A model generated the notes under the pieces. It saw only the letters and a list, made by a program, of their open reading frames with translations, ran no database searches and was not told the DNA's origin. Of a stretch of 64,000 nucleotides of DNA, positions 1 to 12,729 are shown in pieces. A program made the position numbers and the translations under genes. Within the stretch, counting starts at the first letter, position 1. Every line of letters begins with the position of its first letter. Source of the DNA: Takakia lepidozioides (Eukaryota > Plantae > Bryophyta); contig CM060732.1 of assembly GCA_030704615.1 (NCBI GenBank), forward strand, positions 12,400,001 through 12,464,000, given 5' to 3'.

Positions 1-199
1 GAAGTGCATTTTGGTTCATAACCTCATGCTGTTGGGCAAAATTTACCCACAGCAGTAAACAATGCCCTATCCACGTCTCTTCGTTTTGCAATGATTCCTT
101 CCCTAGGCAGACAGGGATCAGTTCCTGCGCTCCAATTGAAAGGGAATCAGCCTTCCGAAAGAGGGTCCAGTGCGAGAACAGAAATTCATTACGAGAAAG

Positions 200-1452
200 A
201 AAAAGAAATGAAAAAGAAATGAAATGGTGCTTTATAACGTCCGCGGAAAGCTCGTAGAGCTTATGGGACAAAATGGAAGAAAACATGAGAGAGGAACAAA
301 TCCAGAAACCACACTTAATGTTCTAGCGATTGTCTAAGGGTGAAGGCCTCGTGTAGGTAGGCTGCCAAGCATTTTTTATCCTCATAGTGAAAGACATCAG
401 TGAGAGTTTGGGTTCCACTGAATAAACAGTGGAATCTCCCACGGATCTCGTAGTATAGAGGGCAGTAGAAGAAGAAGTGTTCTTCAGTTTCAATTTCCTT
501 GCTGCGCCCTATGCAAGCTGGACATAGGCGGTCCTCCCGTTGCAGGTTTTCCCATCTGCCAGTCTCTATCCGTAGGTTGTGGGAACCCACCCTGAACCGC
601 CCCAATGCCCTCAAGAGGGAAGGAGATAAGGGTGCTGAAAGGTAATTTGGTCTCAAGATTCTATCATCGCGGAGCACCAAGAATGTCTCTCGATAGAAGT
701 GGAGCTTTGTCGTGAGATTGGGTAGCATCCAAGTTCTCTTGACATGTAATTCCATAAGCTCTCTCCGAATGAGTATGTTGCGGTCATGTCTGGATGTGAT
801 GTCCACCTCATCTGGGTTCATTGGTAATAGGAAAGCAGTAGAAAGTCCTTGAAATAAACTGTCCACTCGAGCATACCAGGAGTTCCTGAAACCTGCAGCT
901 TTGAGCCTCATAGATGTTGTGAGGGCCCTAGCCACTAGCCCTTTGGGTGGAAGGGCCTGCAATCTATGGAGAAAAATTGTAAGCCTGAAGAGGGCCTCGG
1001 ATTGCAATGGTACACATGCGAACTCTGGACCTAGGATCTGAGATGGAGTTGTGCTCCTGGCGTCAAGCATTGCTTGGAGAAAAGATGACTGTAATGGTTC
1101 CAAATTCTTTTCCCACCAGGAGACAGGGACACCAGGTGCCCAGAACTCACAACCATAGATGGTAGCAGGGCTGACGACGGTGTCAAACAGCCACTTTTTG
1201 GTCGGGGGATGCCGCAGATGTATTTGCTTGCATTTGGCCTGAAGGGGGACGGAGGCCGCCTTACCTTTAGTCAACCTGTCCAAGGCAGTGGCTGCAAAGT
1301 GAAACTTTGGGGAGTGGATAACCAGACCTAAGTACCGGTATGATTTCACAATCTCAATTTCCTGCTGGTTGAAGATGAATCTACGATCAGCCTGGCCATT
1401 GAAGACCATGATCTTGGTCTTGCTAAGATTGACCTGCATCCCATAGTCCCAT
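200..1452 (-). mobile_element. 5'-truncated non-LTR retrotransposon (RTEX/RTE-like LINE) in an intron of the Patched-like gene; ORF2 C-terminal part (ORF 315-1487), 3' UTR with stem-loop and (CATTT)n tail
   Basis: ORF has the RT thumb (KTKIMVF...YRYLGL), YGCEFW and the C-terminal FRVGSHNLRIETGRW...CPAC...ETEEHFFFYCP zinc region. Hairpin AAGCTC-GTA-GAGCTT near 248-263 and GAAAT repeats near 205-226. ORF codons above ~1452 come from an older 3'-end stub. Confidence 0.85.
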
Positions 1453-1730
1453 AGAAAGAAAGAAAATAACGTCCACGGGAAGCTCAAAGAGCGAAAGCAT
1501 CGAGATAATTCTCAGTTTGGAGAGAATGAAGACAGAAAATGTGGATTTTTTTGTCCGCGGGGGACGCATACGGTCCAGTGGCCACTGAACTTAAACAGAG
1601 AGGAGCGATGGCAAATCACACCGTCAAGAAGAGTGTGTCTGAGTGTAGAGTAGGATCTCGCTGGGGCCAAAGGGGAAAATGAGACAACAAAGACCAAATG
1701 AGGCAATTTGATTCACGCCACGGTTTGCAG

Positions 1731-4700
1731 ATTGAAGCAATTCGATGGGGGTCCAACAACTACAATCAAGGTCACCCTCTGTTCTCAGAATACATGAACA
1801 GTAAACTTGGCACTAATTACAACGTGGGAGAGCTGGAAGACCTGGCGAAGGAATGGGAACAGGTGATGATTGATCACCTCGACCCATTGCGCCAACGTCA
1901 ATCCCACACTGCCTTTGGACAAGGAAAGGAAAACGGTGACCTTCAAGTGGAATTTAACATGTGGGTAGGTATCTCTTCCCGATCCTGGAGGTTCTTCTTC
2001 TTGTTGACAACATGAAATTAGGTGGGAGCTGACTCTTGCTTGTTCAAAGCGTTCCAAGGATCTGCCTACTAAAAATTAGTCTACATCCATTAGGTTAGTA
2101 TCTTGCCAAAAACTATGTACATGTTATTGCGTTGTCAATGAGGGGAGAGTTCAGTTACTGTACTCATAAAATACTTAGGTGACTAAAATTTTAAATCAAT
2201 CTTGTAAGGGTGCTAAGTCAGACACTATTGCTCGTGATTTGGTGGTTGCAGAGATCATCTCAGGATATCATTAAGGATTCTGGTAAAACCCCTATCTGGC
2301 AGATCAGTCTGAGTATTATTCTGACAACGCTGTACGCAACCGTCGTCTTTGCCAACATTCGGGACCCTGTTCATTCTCACGTTTGGCTCGCAACCACAGT
2401 AAGCTTCCATTTTTCTCTGCCACAGTTTAGCTTGGTCTATCTGATAGATTGTTTCTCAGATCTTTGTTGATTCAGTGCTTGATGGGTTATGCCAGTGATC
2501 AACTAGGAGGGGCTGAATTGATGTCTGCATAATGCTCAGGTGTCTAATCCTCAAGTGTGATATTGCAGGGATTGGGTGTGGTGACTCTGGCTATCATTGC
2601 AGGCTTTGGTCTCACTGCTCTTTGTGGCATTTCCTTCTCTCCATTGGCAATTGCCGTTGTGCCCTTTCTCACTCTTGGTCTTGGTATATCTTCTGACCAA
2701 AATCAAGACCACTTCCATCTTCCACACTCCTTCCTAATCTGTTGATGTTATTATGGAGAAGTTTGAGGCAATTGTTCTGGAACAATTTGTGCCACCTCAG
2801 GGTTCATGCAGCCCTGGAGCTAGTTAAAATCTTACCTGGAATTTTGTGTGGAATGACATGACCTTATAACATAAACTGCATTACAGGACTGATATATGTT
2901 GATGTAATTATGTGATGCAGGGATTGATGACGTATTTGTTCTGGTTAACATTCTACGGAACTTTCTGGAGGATCCAAAGTTGCAGGCTATGAACACACTG
3001 GGTGATTTGGTGCCTGAGCGTGAGTTGCGGCTTACACTGGCCCTGGCTGGCCCTTCTGTTGTTCTCACTACTTTCTCAGTCTTGGCTTCCTTCTTTATCT
3101 CTTCATTGGTGAGATGGTTTACCACATTACTTGACCTAACGCTCAAGTTTTTTGAAGATAGCAGCAGAAAATGAAATGGTACTTTATAACGTAGGAGAGA
3201 AGGAGGAGATGAAGAAGAACATGAAGGAAACAAGGACCTAGACTTTTACTTCATCCAAAAGAAAAAAATGGAAACTTTCTAATGTCCATAAAGGGCCCAG
3301 AGAGCACCATGGGGCAAAGTAGACGAAAAAGAAACCACTTCAGTATACTGAAAGGAAAGGAAAGGAACTGCATACGTCCATGGGAAGCTCAAAGAGAAAG
3401 AAAGAAAGACACTTTATAACGTCCCCAGGAAGCTCAAATAACTTATTTGGACAAAGAAATGGAAAGGTACTCTATAACATCCACAGGAAGCTCTAAGAGG
3501 TTATGGAAGAAAGAACTTCATTTTGACTGTGAGAGGCCGAGAGGACCCTCGGACAGAAAGTCGAAAGACGCAGTGCTGGAAGAAATATAGAATTACTGTA
3601 CTGGCTAACGAAACATACTTTATACTGTCCATAGAAAGCTCCAGGAGCTTATGGGACAAAAGAAAGCAGGCAAATGAATGAAATGGTGCTTTATAACGTC
3701 CGCGGAAAGCTCATAGAGCTTATGGGACAAAATGGAAGGAAGAACATGAGAAATGAAATAAAATGAAATGGTGCTTTATAACGTCCGCGGAAAGCTCATA
3801 GAGCTTATGGGACAAATGGAAGGAAGAACATGAGAGAAAATAGGAAAACCAGAGTCAGAGAAAAGAACTATTCGAGTGATTGTCTAAGGGTGAATGCCTC
3901 GTGCAGGTAGGCTGCCAAACATTTCTGATCCTCATAGTGGAAGACTTCAGTGAGAGATTGGGTTCCACGGAATAGACAATGGAATCTCCCACGGATCTCA
4001 TAGTATAGGGGGCAATAGAAGAAGAAGTGTTCTTCAGTTTCAATTTCCTGGTTGCACCCTGTGCAAGCAGGACATAGGCGATACAAAGAAAGAATGCAGT
4101 CACTCAACAGGTTGCCCAAAAACAACTAATCAACACAAAGAGATTCTCTAAGATGGAGGAGCATCGCCCAGACATGCTGCCTAACATTTCTGATCCTCAG
4201 AGTGAAAGACCTCAGCAAGGGGTTGGCTGTCCCAGAATAGACAGTAACCCCGGATCTCATACTAGAGAGGACAGTGAAAAAAATGAAAAAAAGAAGTTTA
4301 ATACATCCATGGGGCCCAAGGGACTCAAGTAGCACACTACAGTAGAACCACATAAACAAGTACACTCAAAGCTTAAGCAATGCACGAAGGCACAGTGTCT
4401 CCTGCAGAGAGAGAAACATTCACACCCTATTTGAGTCAAGTATATGTATAGATCCAGTTGTTTTCTCTCGTCCTTGACGTACGCAAACTAAAAGATGCAT
4501 ATGACTGTAATGGTGCAGAATCCAATGCCATTAGCCCAATGGTTTTGCTGGCAAATGGGAATTACAGCATCAATGCACACACTTGGCATGCTTCTTATCT
4601 TCATGCCTATCATGGCCATTGATGCCAGCAGAGTCAAGGTACAAGCAGTCTGTATCTATCCCTCCCCTTCATAGTTGCTTGGTAAAGGATGCAATTGGAT

Positions 4701-7700
4701 GAGTGTGAGTGAATTTGCCTCATTTGTTCTGCAAAGTGTTTGATCTTCACTTTTCTTGCGTGTCTAAGATGTTCTGACCCATCTCACTGGTGTTTCAGCT
4801 CCTATAAGAAAATGAGGCTGTGTTGTTTGTGTTTATTACGTGTTCTTGTTCCATAAGCTTTTTGGGTTTCCTGGGAATGGTATAATGTTCCAGTGTGTAC
4901 CACCCAAGAGGTGGAGACAGAGCAGCATTTCTCTGCCCTACCAAGTACAATACCAGGGGCAGGCACAGCTTTACTGCCTCTTTAGAGATTCCTTGAAGTT
5001 GGCAGAGGCCTTCAGCTATGCAGACCCAAGTTACTTACCTGCATGTGGCACTGTGGGGTTGTTTTTGTTTTTGTGATGTTCTACTCTCTCCCATATGCTT
5101 TTGGGCCTCTGATGAAGTTACTTCATGTCCTTCAAGTCCTTAGATGAATTTATGTTCTTCTTTACTTGTAGTTTAGATGATGTTTGTGCCTCCCTCTGTC
5201 TCACTTATTACTTGTAATCTTGGTTCCCTATTCCTTCTGCGTCTGCATTAATGCCATTCCATTTTCAAAGCATCAATACTAGTTCAATGAAGCCAAATGA
5301 ACCATATCCTCATGTTAATTTTTGGAACCTTCTCTTCCAATTTCTAGGCTCAATGGAATGATCCCACGCTATGGTTGATCTTCGGGAGGCACAAGGAGGG
5401 ATTGGCACCTCATGGTAAATACCATATCAACCAGCTCCTTCAATCTTTCTCCCACATTGCTTGTTCTGATTTAACTACTGTGATGCTACCACAACCGTGA
5501 ATGTGAACGTGGTGAGGCATTTTGGTGATTATCTATTGCACTTCATTTCCTGCTACCATGCGGTTTGAAGGACCATTTTAGGATCATTTAGTGAGAGGGG
5601 CGAGAAACACAACGGCTGGTTCCTCTATCAAGTACTGAGATCCAGAAGGATGCACACAAATACAGGGACGTCTGCAGGGACGGCACAAGTGAAGAAACCG
5701 ATGCTGTCTGACATGAAGCAGTTTGATGTGTCGGACCCCATTTTCCAAGATACTACAGGCAGCACAATAATTTCGCGTTGGATTGCAAAGTACTATGCCC
5801 CTTTGTTTGAGAGCAACATCTTCAAACTTACTGTGGTAAGTCTCCAGACCCCAATGCTTTCCAAAGAATGCTACTAGTGGATTTCTCGAAACTGCCCATG
5901 TCCAAGTTGTTTCTGTCCCTTAGCAGGTGTCAGTTATTTACATGACCATTCTCGGAACCAACAGTTAGAGTGGTTGTAAACTGTGATCAGGTGGCTGTGT
6001 TTGCGGCACTTCTTGTGTCTATGACATATCTGGGTTTCAAAAAGGTGGATCATGGCCTGAGGCTATCTGATGTTACACTTACAGGTACTTAGCTTCTTTT
6101 TCCATTCTTTTTCCATCTAGAATGTACAAGTTATGTCCAGTACCCTGGAAGAAAGAGATTCTGACGAAAGGGTGCCTGGTGTAACCTCATGCCCATAGAA
6201 CCTGCACCCAGTTTGGGTGGAGCAGAAAAGGACTGTACAAATGAGACGGAAGGGCTTTTAAGGTGATACGGGACGATGGGGAAACAGGGGAGGAGAGGGA
6301 TGTAGAAGGCGAAGAGACTGAGAGGGTTGTGTGATTTGTGTTTGGCAGGGTCATATCAGAATACCTTTGCGAGGCTCACAGAGGACAGGTTTTTAAGTTA
6401 TGATCTCGTAAGTGTTTTTATCCCTTGTTCTCAAGTTCACTGATAGTATGGTCTTGATGTTGGAGCTGAGTAGGACCACAGTGAAATAAAATCTTGGCTG
6501 CTTTCATACTTTTCTGCTTTTCAGCAGGCTATATCATTAACTCTTGGCGGCATCAGCTGTTACAATCTGACAGTGTGGTTGTTGATTGCAGTGGATTGTG
6601 ACGCATGACATCGACATGGCCAGTCAACAAAGTAACGTGCTAGAAGTTTTTGATGCACTGCAAAATCTAACAGTGTGGGCACCCCCACAACCCAGGGTAT
6701 GCTCATTCGAAACCGGTGAAGGGGGATATTTTGCTGACATTCCCCAGTCTAGGATTATTCAGTGAAATTACAACTCTGACCATTTAATTTGAAATATCCA
6801 TAGCATCTACAGTTAAGTTCCCAGATTGGCTACGGAAATAGTGAGGTTGGTTTTGAAGGGGATTTAAAGAATTAAACTGCAGTGAATTTAGATCCAATTC
6901 GAAATGGATGTTGTTTGACGTCAATAGTGAAAAAGTTGTTCATAGATTTGCTTCAATGTCAAATTTCTACTCTGGTTGTCTTAGAGCCTCACCTGCAAAT
7001 GCTGGCATGAGGAACCAACACATGAATAAGGGTGGGCCAGGTGCTTGAATCTTCATTTCTTGGAAACCTGTACCTCTGGGACAATATAACACAACTTTCT
7101 GAATGGCCCATTAGTCCCAATCAAACTTTATTCTATGGTCTGGAAAAGCCATGGTCATCTTCTCCTCTTGGTAAGTCTTCCTCTGCATTACGGAAATGGT
7201 TGATTGGATGTCTGCATTGAATTTGACTGGTCACAAAGGCAAGAGAAGCATTGAATGACTATCAAAATTGGCAACTTATAAAGTGAATGTTCAATGTACA
7301 AAGAACTCTGGCTGAGTAGTACTTATGGTTGACAGGTCCGTAAGTGTGCTTGTCAGCCCTCCCTGCAAGAGAAAGAAGCAAGAAAGAAATGAAGAAAACT
7401 TCTGACATACAGAGACAGAAATTCTTACTAAATTCTGCACAGACCACCTTTCAATTACCACAAGACTTAGTTTACCTTCATTGTGTGACAAGAGTCTAGA
7501 TATTGATAGGCTTGCTAAGGGAATGTACTTTGGTTTGCATGTAAACTAGACTGGTGCCACCTAACAACCTAGTCACTCTGAATGTGATGGACGAATATAG
7601 CAACACAAGTAGCCTGATATCAAGATAGGTATGGGACATATTAAGATGATTTTTTTTTAAAATTTGAATTTTGTTGTATTGGCCAGGAATCTTCTCCCTG

Positions 7701-10501
7701 CAGGATCTCTATTGTGAGGATGCCAGTACTTCAGAGCGAGTGAGCTGCTTTGTGGATGTCGGTGTGCCAGCCAATCCCAACTTTAGAATTGGGGCCACCA
7801 AGACTATGGTATGTATTCTTCCAGTGATCCATTTATGGATGCTGATTGGGATGCCCTCGAAGTGAAAAGTTTTGCAGACCTCAGTGGGTTTCTTTTCAGT
7901 GCCATGAAAAGAGGTCGTAAAAATTTGCATAATAATTTTAGGGTATCAGTAATATCAAACATCATACTAGTGCAGGAAGCACATATACAGTCTCTGTGAT
8001 TGGAACCTTAGCTGGAGATGGTTCTCGCATATCCTCTATTACAAATATAATTTACTTGAGAAGGGAACTTTTCAGTAGGGAGTGGTTTGCTGAAGAATGT
8101 GAGAATCCTACTTCAGCAAACTACTCCCTCCTGAAAAGTTTCTCTCCTCAAGCAAAGTTTAATTCCTTAGGCAGGTTGCTGAAGTAGGATTCTCACATTC
8201 TAAACACAACACAAGGAGACTAAAAAGTACGGTTGTGCTCATTAATCAATGAGGAAACTTGCTATCAAGCTCTTTCTTCACTATCATTCACTGGGCAGTA
8301 AAGGCATGTCTGTTTCCACTCCAGATGTTTGCAGAGAACTTGGGTTCTCAGGTGAATGCAAATGTGGACATGATCAAAACTACGAGGAAGACTGTGGATG
8401 ACTTGAACACAAAGTTCGGTCAGAAGGTAGCGTACATGTATGGTTACCCGTATCTCTTCTTTGAGCAGTACCTCCACAGCTACCATGACCTCTACCTTGT
8501 GGTTGGCCTGGCCTTGGGTGAGCACTCTGAACAACTGTTTTCAAGTTATACTTTATAGAGCCTAGACTGTGTTGCAAATATCATGTTTCTGAGATGCAAC
8601 AGAGGATAGGTACAAAAGTGGTACAACTGAAAGACGATCTGATGTCAGGAGTAGTAATGTGATTCAATCACAGAAGTCAAACCTCGAGTACAAGTTTGTG
8701 CAAGCAAGGGACATGTACACACATAAAACATCAAGTTGCATATGTGGATGTCCAACAGAAACAATATGCTCTGGTAGGGGCAGGAAATGTGAGATCGAGA
8801 ATTTTTTTACGCGATACTCCCAGATGTCTAACAAAACTTGGAAATTCTTTGTGGCAGTGGGAGTTTTTGTTGCAGTGCTCATTTTCCAGTTCAGCATTAC
8901 AATGTCCCTCGTCATTGCCCTTGTGTTGCTTATGATTGACCTCGAAGTCTATGGCTTCCTCTATATTATTGGCGCCAAGCTGAATTGTAAGAGTGACCTC
9001 TGCGATATGCATTGTTGTCCATGGAAAAGAGCATAGAAGATCTGAGCACAATCGAAAGCTACTTTGATTCATCCCTTCTTTCTTGTTGTTTCACATTGTG
9101 ACTTTAAAATGAGGTGCCAAAAAGTTTGCAATCATGTGGGAAGTGTAACTTGTGGCAAGTGATGCCATCAATCACACTGTAAGTAGTGACCCACATGTTT
9201 TAGTCCGGGTAGGAATGAACACACTGCTACAGCTGCAGTAGATACCAATTTCAATTTATTGGATTTATATCCTTTTTCACTTCACACTCTGGTTGCTTTG
9301 GATGCATATACATTGCGGCTTGGGACACGCAGCTCTGTCACTTGTAAACCTTGGCATTGTGGTGAGTTTTGGCCGGTACAGGAATCTCCAAATGAGTCCA
9401 CTAAATTAATGCTTCATAAGGAAAAGTAATCCAAATACTACTGAACAATAACATATGTAGGAACTGAAGCACAGTGGCTCATTGAATAGTAAGTATCAAT
9501 TGAGTAGCCGCAAGGTGAAGTGGCTTTTAGTTAGGCCACTTACCCTAGCCAGAGTTCTCTCTCTCTCTCTCTCTCTCTCTGAGTTGAGTACTCCTGAGTG
9601 GTACGATAAAAGTGGGTTTGTCAGCATAATAGAAAAGTGGATGTGCAATCTAACAGAAGCATTCTACCATCTGGGTCAGCAATTGGGTAAGTTTTCTCAG
9701 TGGACTTTGTTTAATTCCATCTCTCTGTTACAATGCAGATTGGCATGGCATCGGAGCTGACATATTTAGCAAGGTCATTCTTGGTGGTAGATGGGACACG
9801 AAACCACCGTGTGGGGAAAGCTCTGGAGTGGACATTTGAACCCCTTCTACATGGTTTCGGTACCCAGTTTGCCGCAACACTCCCTCTTGTTTTTGTGAAG
9901 TAAGTTTGACATCTCTGTCTGCTCTGATTATTTTTATTTTGCACTGCTGAAAAAGCTTAGTTTTAAACTGAGACATCACTAGATGAAATGAAATGAAATG
10001 AAATGTAACTTTATAACGTCCGCACGAAGCTCAAAGAGCTCATGGGACAGAAGGGAAGCAAAGAAATAAGAAAGAATAAAGACAGAGCGAAGCCAGAAGT
10101 GATGAGTGTGCGGGCTCGCAAGTAACAGTCAAAGCAAGATAGCCTCTCGATATAAGATTGCGTCAACTTTAATGTTGCATGTGTATCTCCTGTGATGCAG
10201 GTACCATGCCTTCAGGCTCTACTACTTCGGAATGTTCACAATCATGGGCATCCTTGCATTCTTGAATGGATTTGTTCTTCTCCCTGTGATACTATCCTGG
10301 CTTGGACCCGCACCGCTACCGCACATAAGAGGTCCTATTTACGTAGGTCAGGGAGATGAAAAAATTGAAAGTGCCAACGGAGCCAGTCCATTTCACGGTG
10401 GACAGACACCAATGATACATCACAATGGGAATTCTGCGACCCTCGACCATAAAGGACTTGACGTCGAAGAGGGGACGGTATCGAGGACTCTTTCATTCTA
10501 G
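1731..10501 (+). CDS. Patched-like sterol-sensing-domain/RND membrane protein, 3' part (5' exons upstream). Exons: 1731-1964, 2252-2398, 2569-2683, 2921-3108, 4519-4638, 5348-5414, 5582-5835, 5991-6084, 6349-6407, 6592-6696, 7041-7170, 7687-7808, 8325-8517, 8858-8986, 9333-9361, 9739-9899, 10201-10501
   Basis: All introns are GT-AG with compatible phases and no stops until TAG at 10499-10501. Spliced protein has SSD PFLTLGLGIDDVFVL, AGPSVVLTT, KYYAPLF, GLRLSDV, GYPYLFFEQY, NLGIVIGMASE and LNGFVLLPVILSWLGP, collinear with animal Patched. Acceptors at 5582 and 7041 have possible alternatives. Confidence 0.9.
3168..4330 (-). repeat. Array of about 9 short LINE 3'-end stubs (same family group as 200-1452) stacked in one intron
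   Basis: Motif (g)tRctttataacgtcc-N4-gaagctc-N3-gagcttatgggaca recurs at ~3175, 3270, 3370, 3410, 3467, 3617, 3684, 3768 and 4297. Bases 3868-4083 and ~4140-4270 also retain the ORF2 C-terminus (ETEEHFFFYCPLYYEIRGRFHCLF). Confidence 0.8.
8046..8201. repeat. Intronic fold-back (inverted repeat) with a second, overlapping inverted arm
   Basis: 8055-8095 pairs with 8111-8152 (about 40 bp, few mismatches). 8094-8119 is the exact reverse complement of 8176-8201. Confidence 0.75.
9480..9580 (+). repeat. Short SINE/LINE-tail-like repeat ending in (TC)n
   Basis: agtagccgcaaggtgaagtggcttttagttaggcc matches the reverse complement of 23617-23700 and a variant at ~22998-23045. (TC)n tail at ~9556-9580. 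Confidence 0.55.
9984..10060 (-). mobile_element. LINE 3'-end stub with (GAAAT)4 tail
   Basis: gaaatgaaatgaaatgaaatgtaactttataacgtccgcacgaagctcaaagagctcatgggaca, the same motif as 217-270. Confidence 0.75.
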
Positions 10502-11401
10502 AATCTGTAAGCTTGGGCATCAAAGTCTTGTATTCTATCTTTCCTTGATTGTGAAAATGCGCACAAAGCTCCAAAATATGCCAACAGCCCTCCCAGTTAC
10601 AACCTTTCTAATTTCTCAGTGCATGTACTCCAGGAGAATGCAAAGACCACCTGCTATATGGGATCGGCAATTCATGTGGGGGCCAACTATAATAGGTGTG
10701 TCTAGTTGGAATGACTGGAGTGGATCTGGACTCTGCTCATCAAATTGAAAGTGGGCTTCTATTTGAGAGAAAGCAAGACATTCGAGGCCATGCGGATCAC
10801 ATCACCTCCATGTATTGTAGACACGGCAACTAGTTGACGTTTGATTCGCAGTACCAAATATTTGTGTGTAGGCTATCCTTCCCATGGAACAACCGATTCA
10901 CAGAAAACTCTGCCCTCTACAAGGGGCTGACTGACTGAGTGATCCAACTGTGACACCCCCACCATTTCTTCAGCAGAGTAAGGATTTGCAAAAGTTGGGG
11001 AACTAGCGACTAGACTGATCAGCCAGGGCCATTTTGGTGCTTTGATTGAGATCACTTTTCTTTATCTGTCGCTTCTTGTTATGTATATATGACTCAACAG
11101 CACAAAAACAAGCCTTTTTTACAAATTACTGCAACCTCCAGCACAGGAAAGGCAAAAACTAAATATAAAAAATGGCCATATAAGAAACCTAACATGAGTC
11201 CATGGCCGGCACAGCCATGTACTAACTTTGGCCCCTCATAAAAGATTTGGGCTAACTATTCCTTCATTGCTTAGAGGTTGATTATTTCACGGAATTGCTC
11301 TTTATGATTCTACTGACCTTTATGATTCTAGTGACCCATTCCGAATCTGGAATATGACAGTGAAATAGGTCACTAGAACTTAGCCCTAATCTTTTATGCA
11401 A

Positions 11402-11527
11402 GGAACGGGATTTCTAGTGACTATTACAGCAGGTTCCATGCCGGCTCACCTGACGTGAGGCCGGTAAGCCGAGCGTCGGGTTCGCCGGCATCTTACCTGC
11501 TGTAATAGTCACTAGAAATCCCGTTCC
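11402..11527. mobile_element. MITE-like palindromic element with 33-bp perfect inverted repeats
   Basis: ggaacgggatttctagtgactattacagcaggt (11402-11434) and its exact reverse complement (11495-11527). No clear TSD. Confidence 0.65.
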
Positions 11528-11565
11528 CTATTACAAAAAAGTTCAGAGAAATGCATTGTAGAAAA

Positions 11566-11770
11566 TTCTAGCGATGACGAAGGTCGGAAGCTAGTTTAGC
11601 GTAGAGCAGGAATAGGGTGCCATAGTGCCACGTCATCGTAGCTACGTCATCGTCGTCGTCAATTTCTTTGGAATCTACACGGACGGCCCGCGCGAAAAAC
11701 CCCAAAGCGCCAAGTTGTTTTGGAATTGCCCGGACTGCCCGGTTCTTGAAGTTCTTGAACTGCAGGAGCT
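11566..11770 (+). repeat. Terminus of an unclassified dispersed element (copy 1)
   Basis: ttctagcga...cgaaggtcggaagctagttta.cgtagagcaggaatagggtgccatagtgcca shared with 17181-17420. Confidence 0.7.
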
Positions 11771-12729
11771 CTGCGTTTTTGCCCTCTTATCAGACTCGGC
11801 GTGAGAGGCAGATTTGTGGACTTTGCTTGAGAGACATTCTTTTGGGAAGGCAGAAGAGGAGAGATACAATCTCCAGCTCTCAGATACTGTTTTAGAAGTA
11901 ACAAACTATGGCCAATGATGGGTGTGGAGGATTTTTTTTAAATGGAAAAAATGAGGGATAGCTTGATGGAACAGATTGGGCAGGAGCCAACATTAGCTTA
12001 ATGGGCTCGGGCAACAAGCATGGAGCAACATGCTTTTGAAGCACGGCTTAGGGAAGGCCAGTTTTGCAAAGACAAAATGGTCAACTCCAATTTGCGTTTG
12101 GTTGTTTCAATAGCTAAGATTACCAAGGGCGTGGCATGACTTTCCAAGATCATTCAGGTCAGATTGTGGGCACCTCTTCCTTGACAAGTTAGATTGTCTC
12201 CCTGTCTGTAATGCGTAGGCCCGTCTCCATTCCACGATTATTTCCCATTCCAGCTTTGATCAACCCTGCATGGAGGCCCTTGCCCTATTCGAAGGTTATT
12301 GGGGTAGTACATGCGTTCACTCATAGGAACAGTTGTCATCACAAACAGAAGAGAGTCAAGTTTGAGCCACTGCCGGGATCAACACAGTTGGGCAATCTGC
12401 CAGTTTCAGTTACAGGATTGGGGATGGACTGTTTCCTAGTACTTCATTCCAGCGACGACAACATAGTGTGTGGTCTCTTGAGCAGATGAGAGATGAGGCA
12501 AGGACATTGGAGAGACTGAGTGATGAGAGCACAAAGGAAAAGAAAGAGGGGAGTGAAACTGTGAGTGAGGACTTAGCTGATGTGTTGTTGAAAGAAGAAG
12601 AGATGAACCAGCAGAACCAGCAGTTGGCAACCATGGAGAACGGGCCTGCACAGGCATCAAAACAAAGGGAGAATTTTACTGAGAAATGAGCTCAGCCATT
12701 CATGTACACATTTGGCAACCAACAAGGTC

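Noticed and set aside
106-170. Additional Patched-like exon
   Set aside because: An acceptor-like site and a short open frame are present, but the donor and phase could not be fixed with confidence.
3168-4330. CRISPR array
   Set aside because: Repeat-spacer look only. The units are LINE 3' ends, some still attached to ORF2 coding sequence; spacing is irregular, there are no cas genes, and the context is a eukaryotic intron.
1731-10501. NPC1 orthologue
   Set aside because: The motifs (GIDD, GYPYLFFEQY, YAPLF, GLRLSD) fit Patched better. Not fully excluded without the N-terminus and a phylogeny.
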